The position numbers and the translations under genes are program-made. From a phage, in the sequence record PZ379076.1: 44,111 nt of DNA; one strand, given 5' to 3'. The notes beneath the pieces are model-generated. The model was not told the DNA's origin. It ran no database searches and saw only the letters and a program-made list of their open reading frames with translations. Below, piece by piece: positions 27,576 through 36,128 of this stretch; the stretch's first letter is position 1, and every line of letters starts with the position of its first letter.

Positions 27576-28087
27576 CTGGTAAATTTCCTCGCAAGATACG
27601 TTATTTCTTCTTCACAAAGTTCATCAAGGTCGTTAGATACAAATCCTCTGGTGAATGTTTTGCTGAACTTTAATCCAGCTTTATCATTGTCGCCAGCGCA
27701 CACCCAGTCATACGGCAAAAGTGACATTTGCTGCCGTAGGTCTGTTGATATATTTGACCCCAGTGCGCTTACAGCATTGAACCCGCAATTCATCAAGGCT
27801 ACGGCTTTGAATATGCTTTCGGTAACAAATACCACCCCGCTTTCCGGCAAATACTCAAGCCCCCATAAACACGGCCTTGTTGTTCTGGTAAAGTACCGCG
27901 CGTCTTTAGGGTTTTTACAGTTCTTTTCGGCATGTGGTTTGTAATGCTGGTATCCGCGAAGCCTACCGTCAAACCCCCACAGGTAAAACGTAGCTACTCC
28001 AGGGGCTAAGACTACCTGGAGACGGTCAGCGTCAAACCCACGCGCCAGCAGATGAGCTTTAAGTAGAAACTCTTCGAAATCCATCAT
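27572..28087 (-). CDS. Toprim-domain protein (primase-like)
   Basis: 171 aa; ...VFVTESIFKAVALMNCGF...WVCAGDNDKAG gives the conserved Glu and DxD of the Toprim fold. Confidence 0.55.
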   Translation of the reverse strand: MMDFEEFLLKAHLLARGFDADRLQVVLAPGVATFYLWGFDGRLRGYQHYKPHAEKNCKNPKDARYFTRTTRPCLWGLEYLPESGVVFVTESIFKAVALMNCGFNAVSALGSNISTDLRQQMSLLPYDWVCAGDNDKAGLKFSKTFTRGFVSNDLDELCEEEITYLARKFTR

Positions 28088-29430
28088 TTCTTACCTCGTC
28101 TCTTCATGTAATTAAGCAACTCTTCCTGTACCGATTTCTTCTCGTCGGTACGCGCGGCGACAACCTCGTCCAGAGTGTCTTTAGCAACGATGTGATAAAG
28201 GAACACCGGGCGCTCGTGTCCTGCTTGCTTCTGGCGTACCGGGCCTATACGCTCGACAACCTGCAAATAGTGCTCAAGGTTCCAGCCTTGCGAGATGAAC
28301 GCCAGATGATGTCCGCCGTCCTGTAAATTCAAACCATGACCGGCTGACGCAGGATGTACGCATAGGATTTCGATTTCACCGCGGTTCCACGCTTCCATCT
28401 GCTTATTACCCTTAGCGCCTTTTGCAAACGCCTGGGCCTGCGGGAATCGCTTAAGGATGCGCTCCAGTTCGTGCTTAAACTGATAGGCCACCAGTAGCGG
28501 CGCTCCCTGTAACTCCTCCACAATGGACTCGAGCGCATCCAGTTTCGTGTCGTGCACTTTCTCCCAGTCTTTGGTCGCTTCGCCATCCGGCCCTGACACA
28601 TACACGGCACCAGATGCAATCTGCAAGCACTTTGAGGTCTTCGCCGCAGCGTTAGCCGCTTCAACTTCCCCGCTCTCCAGTTCTGCGAATAACTTCTCCT
28701 CCATATCTATGTACGCCTGACGCGCTTTCTTCGGCAGGTCTATTTCCACCGGTACGATAACAGGCGCTTCACAACCAAACCACTCGGCAGGGTCTATGGT
28801 CAGGCTGATGTCTTTCATCTTCTGATGAATCTCATTATCCGCACCCGGTCGTGCATGATACTCGCGGGCCATAGCCGATTTACCTTTCTGTACCGAGTTA
28901 AACCAGCGGTCGGTGAATGCTGTGTACGAAGAGCCGAGGCGCTCGCCAGCGTCGATAAACCAGTTCTGACCCCACAAGTCTTTGAGGCCGTTTGGTGACG
29001 GTGTGCCTGTCAGGTTGATGAAACGCTTAACCTTTCCGAACGCAACCTTGCTGAGCGCCTTTGCCCGCTTGCTACCACCCGAACGGCTGCGGAACGATTT
29101 AAGCTTCGTGCTTTCATCGGCAACGATAACCGTAAAAGGCCAGTCGTCTTTGCCGTAGTAGTCAATTAGCCACTCGATAACTTCGTAGTTAGTGCACACC
29201 ACGTTAGCATCTGACTCCAGCGCTGCGATGCGGCGCTTCTCCGAACCAGTTGCATCTACGACACGCAGACAAGGGAATTGCCATTTCTCTTGTTCAGCGG
29301 GCCACGTACCGGACGCAACACGTAACGGGGCAAGGATTAACACGCGGTCCTCTTCCGTAAGCTGCCCGTTGCGGAACAGGCGGTTGAGCACCCACATAGT
29401 GGAGGAGGTTTTACCTCCCCCATTCCGCAC
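28084..29430 (-). CDS. SNF2/SF2-family helicase, as called in this frame (N-terminus displaced by a frameshift)
   Basis: 448 aa; GGGKTS (motif I), VIVADESTKLK (DExx), LTGTPSPN (motif III), late HPASAGHGLNLQ; track ORF starts on GTG just downstream of a C5/G5 run. Confidence 0.8.
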   Translation of the reverse strand: MRNGGGKTSSTMWVLNRLFRNGQLTEEDRVLILAPLRVASGTWPAEQEKWQFPCLRVVDATGSEKRRIAALESDANVVCTNYEVIEWLIDYYGKDDWPFTVIVADESTKLKSFRSRSGGSKRAKALSKVAFGKVKRFINLTGTPSPNGLKDLWGQNWFIDAGERLGSSYTAFTDRWFNSVQKGKSAMAREYHARPGADNEIHQKMKDISLTIDPAEWFGCEAPVIVPVEIDLPKKARQAYIDMEEKLFAELESGEVEAANAAAKTSKCLQIASGAVYVSGPDGEATKDWEKVHDTKLDALESIVEELQGAPLLVAYQFKHELERILKRFPQAQAFAKGAKGNKQMEAWNRGEIEILCVHPASAGHGLNLQDGGHHLAFISQGWNLEHYLQVVERIGPVRQKQAGHERPVFLYHIVAKDTLDEVVAARTDEKKSVQEELLNYMKRRGKK

Positions 29431-29507
29431 CAGATATTACAGCGCGGGTGTTGCAGCATGAACGAAGTCATGAGCTTCTGGTACTCTCGACGGATAAATT
29501 TAGACAT
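29337..29507 (-). pseudogene. N-terminal fragment of the same helicase in the other frame
   Basis: ATG 29507, translation MSKFIRREYQKLMTSFMLQHPRCNIWCGMG... carries the Q-motif (REYQ) and the start of the P-loop; frames swap at the run 29417-29421. Confidence 0.55.
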
Positions 29508-29509
29508 GT

Positions 29510-29704
29510 TCAATCCTTAACGTAGAGTACCAGCTCTTTACGCCCGAACGCGGTAACGTTGCCTGTTACATCTTCGATAACCAGTTTACCGTTTGACTCG
29601 ACGAACACAGTATCAACGGCAACAGGCTGGCGGGTCTTAACGTTGAAAATCATGTCGCCAGGTACGATGTCACGTGCTGGTTTGCGGTCGTATTCGTGTT
29701 TCAT
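29510..29704 (-). CDS. hypothetical protein
   Basis: 64-aa ORF in track, first gene behind the promoter at 29738-29766. Confidence 0.55.
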   Translation of the reverse strand: MKHEYDRKPARDIVPGDMIFNVKTRQPVAVDTVFVESNGKLVIEDVTGNVTAFGRKELVLYVKD

Positions 29705-29734
29705 TTCTCAATTCCTTATATTGTTGGTGTAAGG

Positions 29735-30019
29735 CTAACTATAATAGTTCGCTATTAGGGTGTCAACCTGTTTGAACGAACCAACTACAAAAACATTTGC
29801 ACCACGCTTACGCATCCGCTCGTGCTCTCGTAACTGGTGCGGGTCAGGCTTCGTGCTTTCGTCTTTCTTCACCTCGACGAACCAGACGATGCCGCCAGGG
29901 AGAATTACCAGCAGGTCGGGAGCGCCGGAACGCCCCTCGTAGGAAAGTTTACGAACGAGGCCCCCAAGGGCCTCAAATCGCTCTTTTGCGTATTTCTGGA
30001 TGCGGCCCTCTTTAGTCAT
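29735..30019 (-). CDS. VRR-NUC-like PD-(D/E)xK nuclease
   Basis: ATG 30019 inside track ORF 29735-30199; ...GAPDLLVILPGGIVWFVEVKKDES...QLREHERM fits the D...E-V-K nuclease core. Confidence 0.55.
   Translation of the reverse strand: MTKEGRIQKYAKERFEALGGLVRKLSYEGRSGAPDLLVILPGGIVWFVEVKKDESTKPDPHQLREHERMRKRGANVFVVGSFKQVDTLIANYYS
29738..29766 (-). promoter_or_regulatory. strong sigma70-type promoter, TTGACA-N17-TATAGT family
   Basis: Minus strand TTGACA (29766-29761), 17-nt spacer with AATAG-N4-CTATT, TATAGT (29743-29738). Confidence 0.65.
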
Positions 30020-30168
30020 GACCGCAGCATCCAGGTAAGGAAAGCCCCGCCTAGAAGGGCAACACCGGCAAACTGAAAGAACAGGCCGTAACAGAACATA
30101 GCAGCTATTCCCGCACCGAGTAACAGTGCGAGCATGGTTACTATCGACCCGAATACAAACATTCTCAT
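30016..30168 (-). CDS. hypothetical 50-aa membrane peptide
   Basis: ATG 30168, translation MRMFVFGSIVTMLALLLGAGIAAMFCYGLFF...; GAGGGG SD; stop overlaps next start (ATGA). Confidence 0.35.
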   Translation of the reverse strand: MRMFVFGSIVTMLALLLGAGIAAMFCYGLFFQFAGVALLGGAFLTWMLRS

Positions 30169-30254
30169 AACACGCACCCCTCACGTTTGGTATGCTCAAT
30201 ACCGCAGCGCGGGCAGATTCGACAGTCTTCTTCGTAGAACCGGTAAATTTTCAT
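30165..30254 (-). CDS. hypothetical 29-aa Cys-rich peptide
   Basis: ATG 30254, translation MKIYRFYEEDCRICPRCGIEHTKREGCVL; ATGA-coupled on both sides. Confidence 0.3.
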   Translation of the reverse strand: MKIYRFYEEDCRICPRCGIEHTKREGCVL

Positions 30255-30382
30255 TCCAGCACCCACAGATAAATTGCGATGAACATACCCAATATGGCAA
30301 CCATCATGCCGTATTGACCCTCGTGACAGTAGACACCTGCGGCAAATCCCGCCAGTACCGCGATAATCAGTTTACTTAACAT
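30251..30382 (-). CDS. hypothetical 43-aa membrane peptide
   Basis: ATG 30382 with AGGAG SD, overlapping the last codons of the polymerase gene; translation MLSKLIIAVLAGFAAGVYCHEGQYGMMVAILGMFIAIYLWVLE. Confidence 0.35.
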   Translation of the reverse strand: MLSKLIIAVLAGFAAGVYCHEGQYGMMVAILGMFIAIYLWVLE

Positions 30383-32552
30383 AGCGTTTTAACTCCTGAC
30401 CTTCCGCTACAAGAGGGAACCCCTCCGCCCATTCTGGTAATTCGCACATCAATCGCTCAAGCTCTGCGACATTGTATTCCGGCGTATCTGGAGTTTCGCA
30501 GATAATCTCATCGTGGACATGAAGTACAATTGGATAACCGTTTGCTTCTACGTTCAGCAGCGCGTTGGCCAGCAAATCACGGCACAACGCCTGAGTGCAG
30601 TTTTCCACCAGTTTACCAGAGTAGGTGTACTGGAAGCCCCACTGCCGGGTTAACTGGTTTTCGCCCTGGTACTTGATGCGCACGTTAGTAGACACCTTTC
30701 CATCTTCGTCTGTCTCTTTCGACACACTTAATCCGACGCCCGGGTATGACATAACGCGACCCGACGGCAACGTCATGCGCAACCACCAGCCCGCGACTTT
30801 GTCGCCGTTGTTGTCTGTCTCTATGTTACGCGAAAACTTAACGCCTCGCGGTCCTGCGGTGAACTCTTTACCTGGATTGCGGATAGCGGCCATAGCTGCG
30901 TCTTCAATATCTCGCCAGAAAGCTACTGTTTCAGGGTGTGACTCTCGCCACATACGCTTGATAGCGTCACAGGTACGCCACACTTTCTTATCAAGAATAT
31001 ACGATGGTCGGTCATCCTTCTCCCCGGGTCGCGGCGGTCGCTTGGCTTCCTGAATACGTGCCCATTCATAGCCGCGTGCAGTAGCCGCCCAGATGTGGTC
31101 CGGGAAAGTACCGTCCATTGTTTTTGACATATCAACAAGGTCAAGTCCGAGGTTCTTAGCAAACTGAACGAAAGCGCCAACACCACCAGCGTAGCCGAGG
31201 CCAAGCTCGCAGGCTTTACCAATCTGGCGCAAGTCTTTGCGTTCCTTCTTAATGTAATCCGGCTCCATGCCGAACATCTTACCCGCGGTTACACAGTAAA
31301 TGTCCAGCCCGGCGCGGAACGTATCTAGCGCGGTTTCTTCGCCTGCCAGCCACGCAAGCCCCCGACCTTCAACGTTAGAGTAATCGGCAACGACAAACTT
31401 ATGCCCTGCTTCCGGTATGATGCAGCTACGAACGGTCGATGCCGTTAGCTTGGCCACATCGAAACGGCGATGGGCGCGACCCTTAAGTAACGCCGAAATG
31501 CCTTTATCCAGCTCATCATCGTGATAGTAACCGCGTGCCAGGTTCTGCGGCTGGAAGCCTTTACCGGCCCATCGCAGAGTACGCTTTGCCCCACCGTACT
31601 GGATACAACCGCGGCGTCGGTCGTCCGACGAGCGGCCTAACAGCAGCGGGTTATATTTCGTGGACGCTGTTGACGCGGCCCCGAGGCGCATTTCGATAAT
31701 CATCCGGGCGTCGTCCGGTAAATCATCATCTGCCAACAGGTCGTTAAGCGTCGACTTCTGTGCATTGTGTATGTGGTGCGCGGGCGCAAGTTCACGCAGA
31801 ATCGGAAGGAAGTCTTTACCGGTAAGCGAGCCGCCGTATTTACGTTGAGCTTCTTCCTGTAACTGTGCCTTGTGCTTCTCTACGGCTTCAATCGCGGCTT
31901 CCGCCAGTGCGACGTCAACCTTAAATCCGCGGTCGTTGATTAACTGGTCAAGTTCCAGTACACGGTCTTCGAACTCGGAGTTACCCCAACGCGGCAGCTT
32001 ATGGAAGACTTCACGCATCGCAGTGATGTCGCTCACGGCGTACCTGATGAACATCGCCCACTCGTCAGGGTGAGTTTCTGCGGTGTAGCGGCGGATTTTG
32101 TAGTTCTTCGGCGTCGGTTTAGAGAAACGCTTAATCAGAGCCTTGCCGCGTTTATCTTTCGCGTTGTCTGCAGACACGCCCAGCACTTCGCACAGCGCAT
32201 CAAGAGAACCCGGCAGCGCGTGACGGAACGCCCAAATCATAGTATCAATGGTGTTACTTACCGGAATATCAAAGTCCCAGCAGTGTTTCATGATTAGGCG
32301 ATCGAAAAGTCCACCGTTGTGCCACACCATCTTGATGCGGCTGTTGGGCTTAACAAGGCGGCGCAGTGCGCGGTGTAAATCCCCCGGCATGTCGCTGCCG
32401 TCGGTGCAATCCCATACCCGCACAGGTTCGTCGTCAAAAGCATATGTACAGATAAGCACTTCGGTTGACGGGTGTTCGGCGTAAGCGTAAGAACCGACTT
32501 TCTTCAAATCGGCTTCTGAGAATGTTTCAAAGTCTAAGAACAGGTAACTCAT
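30372..32552 (-). CDS. DNA polymerase, family A, with 3'-5' exonuclease domain
   Basis: 726 aa; Exo I FLDFETFS; polymerase motif A DYSNVEGR, motif B-like K...LGLGYAGG, motif C VHDE. Confidence 0.9.
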   Translation of the reverse strand: MSYLFLDFETFSEADLKKVGSYAYAEHPSTEVLICTYAFDDEPVRVWDCTDGSDMPGDLHRALRRLVKPNSRIKMVWHNGGLFDRLIMKHCWDFDIPVSNTIDTMIWAFRHALPGSLDALCEVLGVSADNAKDKRGKALIKRFSKPTPKNYKIRRYTAETHPDEWAMFIRYAVSDITAMREVFHKLPRWGNSEFEDRVLELDQLINDRGFKVDVALAEAAIEAVEKHKAQLQEEAQRKYGGSLTGKDFLPILRELAPAHHIHNAQKSTLNDLLADDDLPDDARMIIEMRLGAASTASTKYNPLLLGRSSDDRRRGCIQYGGAKRTLRWAGKGFQPQNLARGYYHDDELDKGISALLKGRAHRRFDVAKLTASTVRSCIIPEAGHKFVVADYSNVEGRGLAWLAGEETALDTFRAGLDIYCVTAGKMFGMEPDYIKKERKDLRQIGKACELGLGYAGGVGAFVQFAKNLGLDLVDMSKTMDGTFPDHIWAATARGYEWARIQEAKRPPRPGEKDDRPSYILDKKVWRTCDAIKRMWRESHPETVAFWRDIEDAAMAAIRNPGKEFTAGPRGVKFSRNIETDNNGDKVAGWWLRMTLPSGRVMSYPGVGLSVSKETDEDGKVSTNVRIKYQGENQLTRQWGFQYTYSGKLVENCTQALCRDLLANALLNVEANGYPIVLHVHDEIICETPDTPEYNVAELERLMCELPEWAEGFPLVAEGQELKRYVK

Positions 32553-32572
32553 TATTTTTGACCCCTAGTAAA

Positions 32573-32592
32573 AAGGCCCAATGAAGGGCCTT
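32573..32592 (-). terminator. rho-independent terminator between the SSB-like gene and the polymerase gene
   Basis: Stem aaggccc (32573-32579) / gggcctt (32586-32592); on the minus strand the stem is followed by TTTTAC; polymerase ATG only ~20 nt further. Confidence 0.55.
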
Positions 32593-32611
32593 AGTTAAAT
32601 TGATTCAGATA

Positions 32612-33238
32612 TTAGCGGCGGCGACGTTCGCGGCGCGGTGCTTCATCTTCTTCGTCGTCTTCCAGGTCATTGACGCTCGCAGCGACTTTAGAACCGCCGA
32701 ACGCTTTGCCTTCGCCAACGTATTTAATCGCCAGCAGGTTAACGCCGAGGACTTTGTATTTCTGGCTGAACCAGATTTCAACGCTTACGTTAGCTAAGCA
32801 TCCGCTGTAAACCTGTTCACCTTCAATCTGTTCACCGTCTACATTGAAGTCCTGTTCTACCTGAGTCTCACCTTTTTTAGAGGTTACAATCAGCGGCTGC
32901 TTCTGTGCCTTCGCTTTGAAGTAGAAGCCTTCCGGGAAGTCTTCAAACGGATTGTCACGCTCGGCAATGTCTTTAATCGCACATTTATCCATGTGCTTAC
33001 CTTCGCCGTAGTTGGACTTCATCCACTTCTCGGCGGCGGCTGCACCTAACGCTTCTTCAACTACAGCGTAAACGGTGTCGTAGAGCGCGTCGATTTGCGC
33101 GTGGTCGGACGGCAGGATAATAGTCGCGCTGTACTGACCTTTAGTGATTGAACCATCATCATTTTCACGGTCTTTTTCGCGTTCGAATACGTTAACCCAA
33201 GCAGTGTTTACTTTACGCAGATTTAATTTCAGTCCCAT
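32612..33238 (-). CDS. ssDNA-binding protein (DUF2815 / gp2.5-like, putative)
   Basis: 208 aa; acidic C-terminal tail DLEDDEEDE; sits between a DUF2800-like nuclease and a family A polymerase. Confidence 0.45.
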   Translation of the reverse strand: MGLKLNLRKVNTAWVNVFEREKDRENDDGSITKGQYSATIILPSDHAQIDALYDTVYAVVEEALGAAAAEKWMKSNYGEGKHMDKCAIKDIAERDNPFEDFPEGFYFKAKAQKQPLIVTSKKGETQVEQDFNVDGEQIEGEQVYSGCLANVSVEIWFSQKYKVLGVNLLAIKYVGEGKAFGGSKVAASVNDLEDDEEDEAPRRERRRR

Positions 33239-33293
33239 TTCTCGATTCCTCAGTTTTCAGTTTACTCCGGGAGCTGCCCGGCCAGTGATTAGA

Positions 33294-33322
33294 ACTATAA
33301 TAGCTAACTATTCAGGTGTCAA
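33294..33322 (-). promoter_or_regulatory. strong sigma70-type promoter, TTGACA-N17-TATAGT family
   Basis: Minus strand TTGACA (33322-33317), 17-nt spacer with AATAG-N4-CTATT, TATAGT (33299-33294). Confidence 0.65.
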
Positions 33323-33511
33323 ATAAAATTTCGCAATACGGACTATGTTCTCGAAATCATTCATATCAACGGGTTCGAATTCATCCTCCACATGGTTGTA
33401 TCGCACCATCGTGCCGTTCAGGAACGTAAACGATTCCGAATGGATATAACCGCCCCAGCGCCATATCATCACAAAATCTTTATCTGTGGGCATTTCATTT
33501 ACTTGAATCAT
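33308..33511 (-). CDS. hypothetical protein
   Basis: 67-aa ORF in track, coupled to the upstream nuclease gene. Confidence 0.5.
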   Translation of the reverse strand: MIQVNEMPTDKDFVMIWRWGGYIHSESFTFLNGTMVRYNHVEDEFEPVDMNDFENIVRIAKFYLTPE

Positions 33512-34749
33512 TATAAATCCTCCTCTGTTACCCTATTCCACTCAGGACGTTTGTCGTCTGCCGTTGCAACACATGGTGCGCCTGGCTTACGGGTAATGAA
33601 GTCTTTCAGTTCTTCTTCCGGTATGACTTTAACCGCTTCGGTTGGCGTCATGAGCACTTGCTTCATTAGCGCTATGCCATACTCGCCAGCCACTTTCTCT
33701 GCATCTTTCCACGCACGATTACCCGGGCGGCCTTCAACCAGCTTGTACCCCGGAACTTTCTTACCGGAATGCAACGCGGCAGCCATCGCTTTCTCAACCT
33801 TGTCGATGTGCTGGCGCAACAACGGCAACTTCTCATACTCAGCTACGAGTTGCTCCGGCGTAAGTTCCAGGGCAAAGTCGTCCTCCAGTTCTTCCGCCAG
33901 CACAGAGTTAACCGTCTTTGTACGCGCGGCGCACTGTTCAGAGAACCGGCACCACTGACAACCATCAACCGACGGCTTGAAGTCTGACGCTTTCAGGTTC
34001 TTCTTGCCACGGTGATAAGCATCAAGCGCTAACAGTGCGCGTTTCTGTGCGAACTTAGCGAACAGCTCCATACCTTCAACCGAGATGTCCCACTCCGACG
34101 CGCCGCCAGTGTACGGCTGGAAGATTACCAGACGAACAACTGTTATGTTATAACGTCTCTTGAGTCGGCGATAAACACCGAGAGCGTAAAGCATAAGCTG
34201 CTTGTTTTCTTTCGCTTCGACGCGATGCCGCCCGGTTTTCAGGTCGCCGATAATGAGCATGTGCTCGTCGGTGTTTGCCAGTTCCTGGACAGCAACGAGG
34301 TCAGCGGTTCCGAACGTCTCAACGCCTTCATACCCCGGATGCAATACCTCAGTAAGATTGACACGCATTTCCAGCTTGGCGTAAGTCGCTACGTCTATAA
34401 TCGCTTTGCAGTAGTCGGTGTACTTGCGCACCTGCTCAATCATGTCCGCCGTAATCAGTACCGCGCCTTTCATCGGGCTGATTAGCGCCTTAATCTGACC
34501 TTTGCCTTCATCCAGTACGTAAGCGCCGACTTCACGCTCCAACGGCAACGCAGTGCCGCGTATATAGGCGTTGAGATGGACCTCAGCTATGGTGTGCATG
34601 GCGGTTCCTAATACAGCGGCTTTACCCGACGTGTTAGGGGTATCTTTTTCACACGCCAGCGACGCAGCGCATGACAGCCACTTTTTAGCGCCTGACGGTG
34701 ACAGTAAGGCGTGTACATCATTATTGCCGCCTCGTTCTTTTAGAATCAT
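33511..34749 (-). CDS. PD-(D/E)xK nuclease (DUF2800 / Cas4-like, putative)
   Basis: 412 aa; ...TADLVAV...IIGDLKTGR...QLMLYA core plus Cys cluster (CQWCRF...C); GGAGGAGG SD. Confidence 0.6.
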   Translation of the reverse strand: MILKERGGNNDVHALLSPSGAKKWLSCAASLACEKDTPNTSGKAAVLGTAMHTIAEVHLNAYIRGTALPLEREVGAYVLDEGKGQIKALISPMKGAVLITADMIEQVRKYTDYCKAIIDVATYAKLEMRVNLTEVLHPGYEGVETFGTADLVAVQELANTDEHMLIIGDLKTGRHRVEAKENKQLMLYALGVYRRLKRRYNITVVRLVIFQPYTGGASEWDISVEGMELFAKFAQKRALLALDAYHRGKKNLKASDFKPSVDGCQWCRFSEQCAARTKTVNSVLAEELEDDFALELTPEQLVAEYEKLPLLRQHIDKVEKAMAAALHSGKKVPGYKLVEGRPGNRAWKDAEKVAGEYGIALMKQVLMTPTEAVKVIPEEELKDFITRKPGAPCVATADDKRPEWNRVTEEDL

Positions 34750-35006
34750 TATTTAGCCTCCTCCGGTAGTTCTGGTAAATACATCCAGTGTGTTATACCC
34801 ATCTCGATATACCGTTTCGTATATAACTGATTTCCGTTTTCATCCAGCCCAGCAGTAATGTCGTCGAAATAGTCCTGTATATGCACAAAATCAATTCCGC
34901 CTTCCGGGAACCCATTATCGTCACATTTACTTCCGTCTACTGAGCAAACTAAAACAGAATCATCTTTTTACTCTGGTAGTGCTTCGTTTACGCTAACCCA
35001 ATTCAT
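34749..35006 (-). pseudogene. DUF551-like gene interrupted by an in-frame TAA
   Basis: One frame reads MNWVSVNEALPE-TAA(34970-34968)-KDDSVLVCSVDG...GITHWMYLPELPEEAK; both halves match the intact paralog at 40745-40930. Confidence 0.5.
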
Positions 35007-35275
35007 ACCCTGTTATCCCACTGGTCAATTAAATGTCGTGTCTTATGGTCGCAGTGCATGGCCCACCCATACATCGACTCGAAGACATAAAAGTCAGGCT
35101 TGGCGAAAGTTGTGCGCTTAATCTGTGACACGTGACGGCCTATATCTTTAGGCCGTGGTACTTTTCCTAAGTACGCCATCTCTTCCATCTGGTGCGCACC
35201 GGACGGAGCACGCAATAGCCATAGCGCCTCTGTGTTATCCCGCCTGTCGACGGCTCGGTAGAGTTGGTAAATCAT
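35003..35275 (-). CDS. hypothetical protein
   Basis: 90-aa ORF in track; stop overlaps next start. Confidence 0.55.
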   Translation of the reverse strand: MIYQLYRAVDRRDNTEALWLLRAPSGAHQMEEMAYLGKVPRPKDIGRHVSQIKRTTFAKPDFYVFESMYGWAMHCDHKTRHLIDQWDNRV

Positions 35276-35318
35276 AATTCCGACCCTCAGTTAAAGCGGC
35301 CCGAAGGCCGCGAGATAG

Positions 35319-35819
35319 TTATTCTTCTTCGAAATACTTGTTCTTGATTGCTGTCAGGCGTTCCAGGTACTCAACCAGGTCTTCGTCTTTAATCGCGGCA
35401 ATCTTCATCTTCTTACCTGTGAACTCTTCCAGCAGTTCATCAGAATCATCGCACGCGGCATCGATAGGACCTTCATTAATTGCATCGTCGATGGCCTGAA
35501 TCTGGTCACGCAGAGACTTGTAATCGACTTCTTCTTTCTCTTCTTCCGGTTCTGGCGCAGGTTCCTCTACTTTAGCTTTACGCGGCTTGCGTTTTGGCTT
35601 CTCTTCCTCCGCCGGTTTAGTGTCAACTACGTCTTCACCTTCAACCGGGATTTCTTTTGTTGCTTCTTCAGCGCACTCAGCTACCGCTTCTTTGGTGTAC
35701 GATACCGTCTCTACTTCCAGCGGCGTGGCAACCTGAACAACTTGTTTCGCACTGTTCGCGGCAATCAGTTCGTGCGCAACTACGAAACGTTCCAGTAATA
35801 CTAAGAATTTCTCTAACAT
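35319..35819 (-). CDS. highly acidic hypothetical protein
   Basis: 166 aa with very high Glu/Asp content, e.g. PEPEEEKEEVDYKS and DDSDELLEE; early-region position. Confidence 0.6.
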   Translation of the reverse strand: MLEKFLVLLERFVVAHELIAANSAKQVVQVATPLEVETVSYTKEAVAECAEEATKEIPVEGEDVVDTKPAEEEKPKRKPRKAKVEEPAPEPEEEKEEVDYKSLRDQIQAIDDAINEGPIDAACDDSDELLEEFTGKKMKIAAIKDEDLVEYLERLTAIKNKYFEEE

Positions 35820-35843
35820 TATTTATTCTCCTGTTTATTTGAG

Positions 35844-36071
35844 TTACTCGCCGTCGCCTTCTGTAAGGCTATCGTCTATTAATTCAAATTTACCGTTTGG
35901 GTGTTGAATAGCTTCTTGCCCGCAATGGTCGCAGACAACAAGTTTATCGAACCCATCAAACTCGTCCCCGACTACGCAAGAAAGTACAAATTTATGTTTT
36001 GTGCACACTTCCTGCGATTCTCCGAAAATTGCTAGAAAACCTTTAGCTATGGCTCCCGTTATTGTGTTCAT
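35844..36071 (-). CDS. small Cys/His zinc-ribbon-like protein
   Basis: 75 aa; VCTKHKF...VVCDHCGQE, same C-x-H ... C-x2-C-G pattern as repeats in the 41733-42491 protein; first gene behind the 36100 promoter. Confidence 0.55.
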   Translation of the reverse strand: MNTITGAIAKGFLAIFGESQEVCTKHKFVLSCVVGDEFDGFDKLVVCDHCGQEAIQHPNGKFELIDDSLTEGDGE

Positions 36072-36099
36072 ATCCGCCCCTCTCGTTTGGTATGGGCTA

Positions 36100-36128
36100 A
36101 CTATAATAGCGAACTATTCACATGTCAA
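36100..36128 (-). promoter_or_regulatory. strong sigma70-type promoter, TTGACA-N17-TATAGT family
   Basis: Minus strand TTGACA (36128-36123), 17-nt spacer with AATAG-N4-CTATT, TATAGT (36105-36100). Confidence 0.65.

Noticed and set aside
33392-33958. 188-aa plus-strand ORF
   Set aside because: Antisense to the DUF2800-like nuclease gene; Ser-rich shadow frame.
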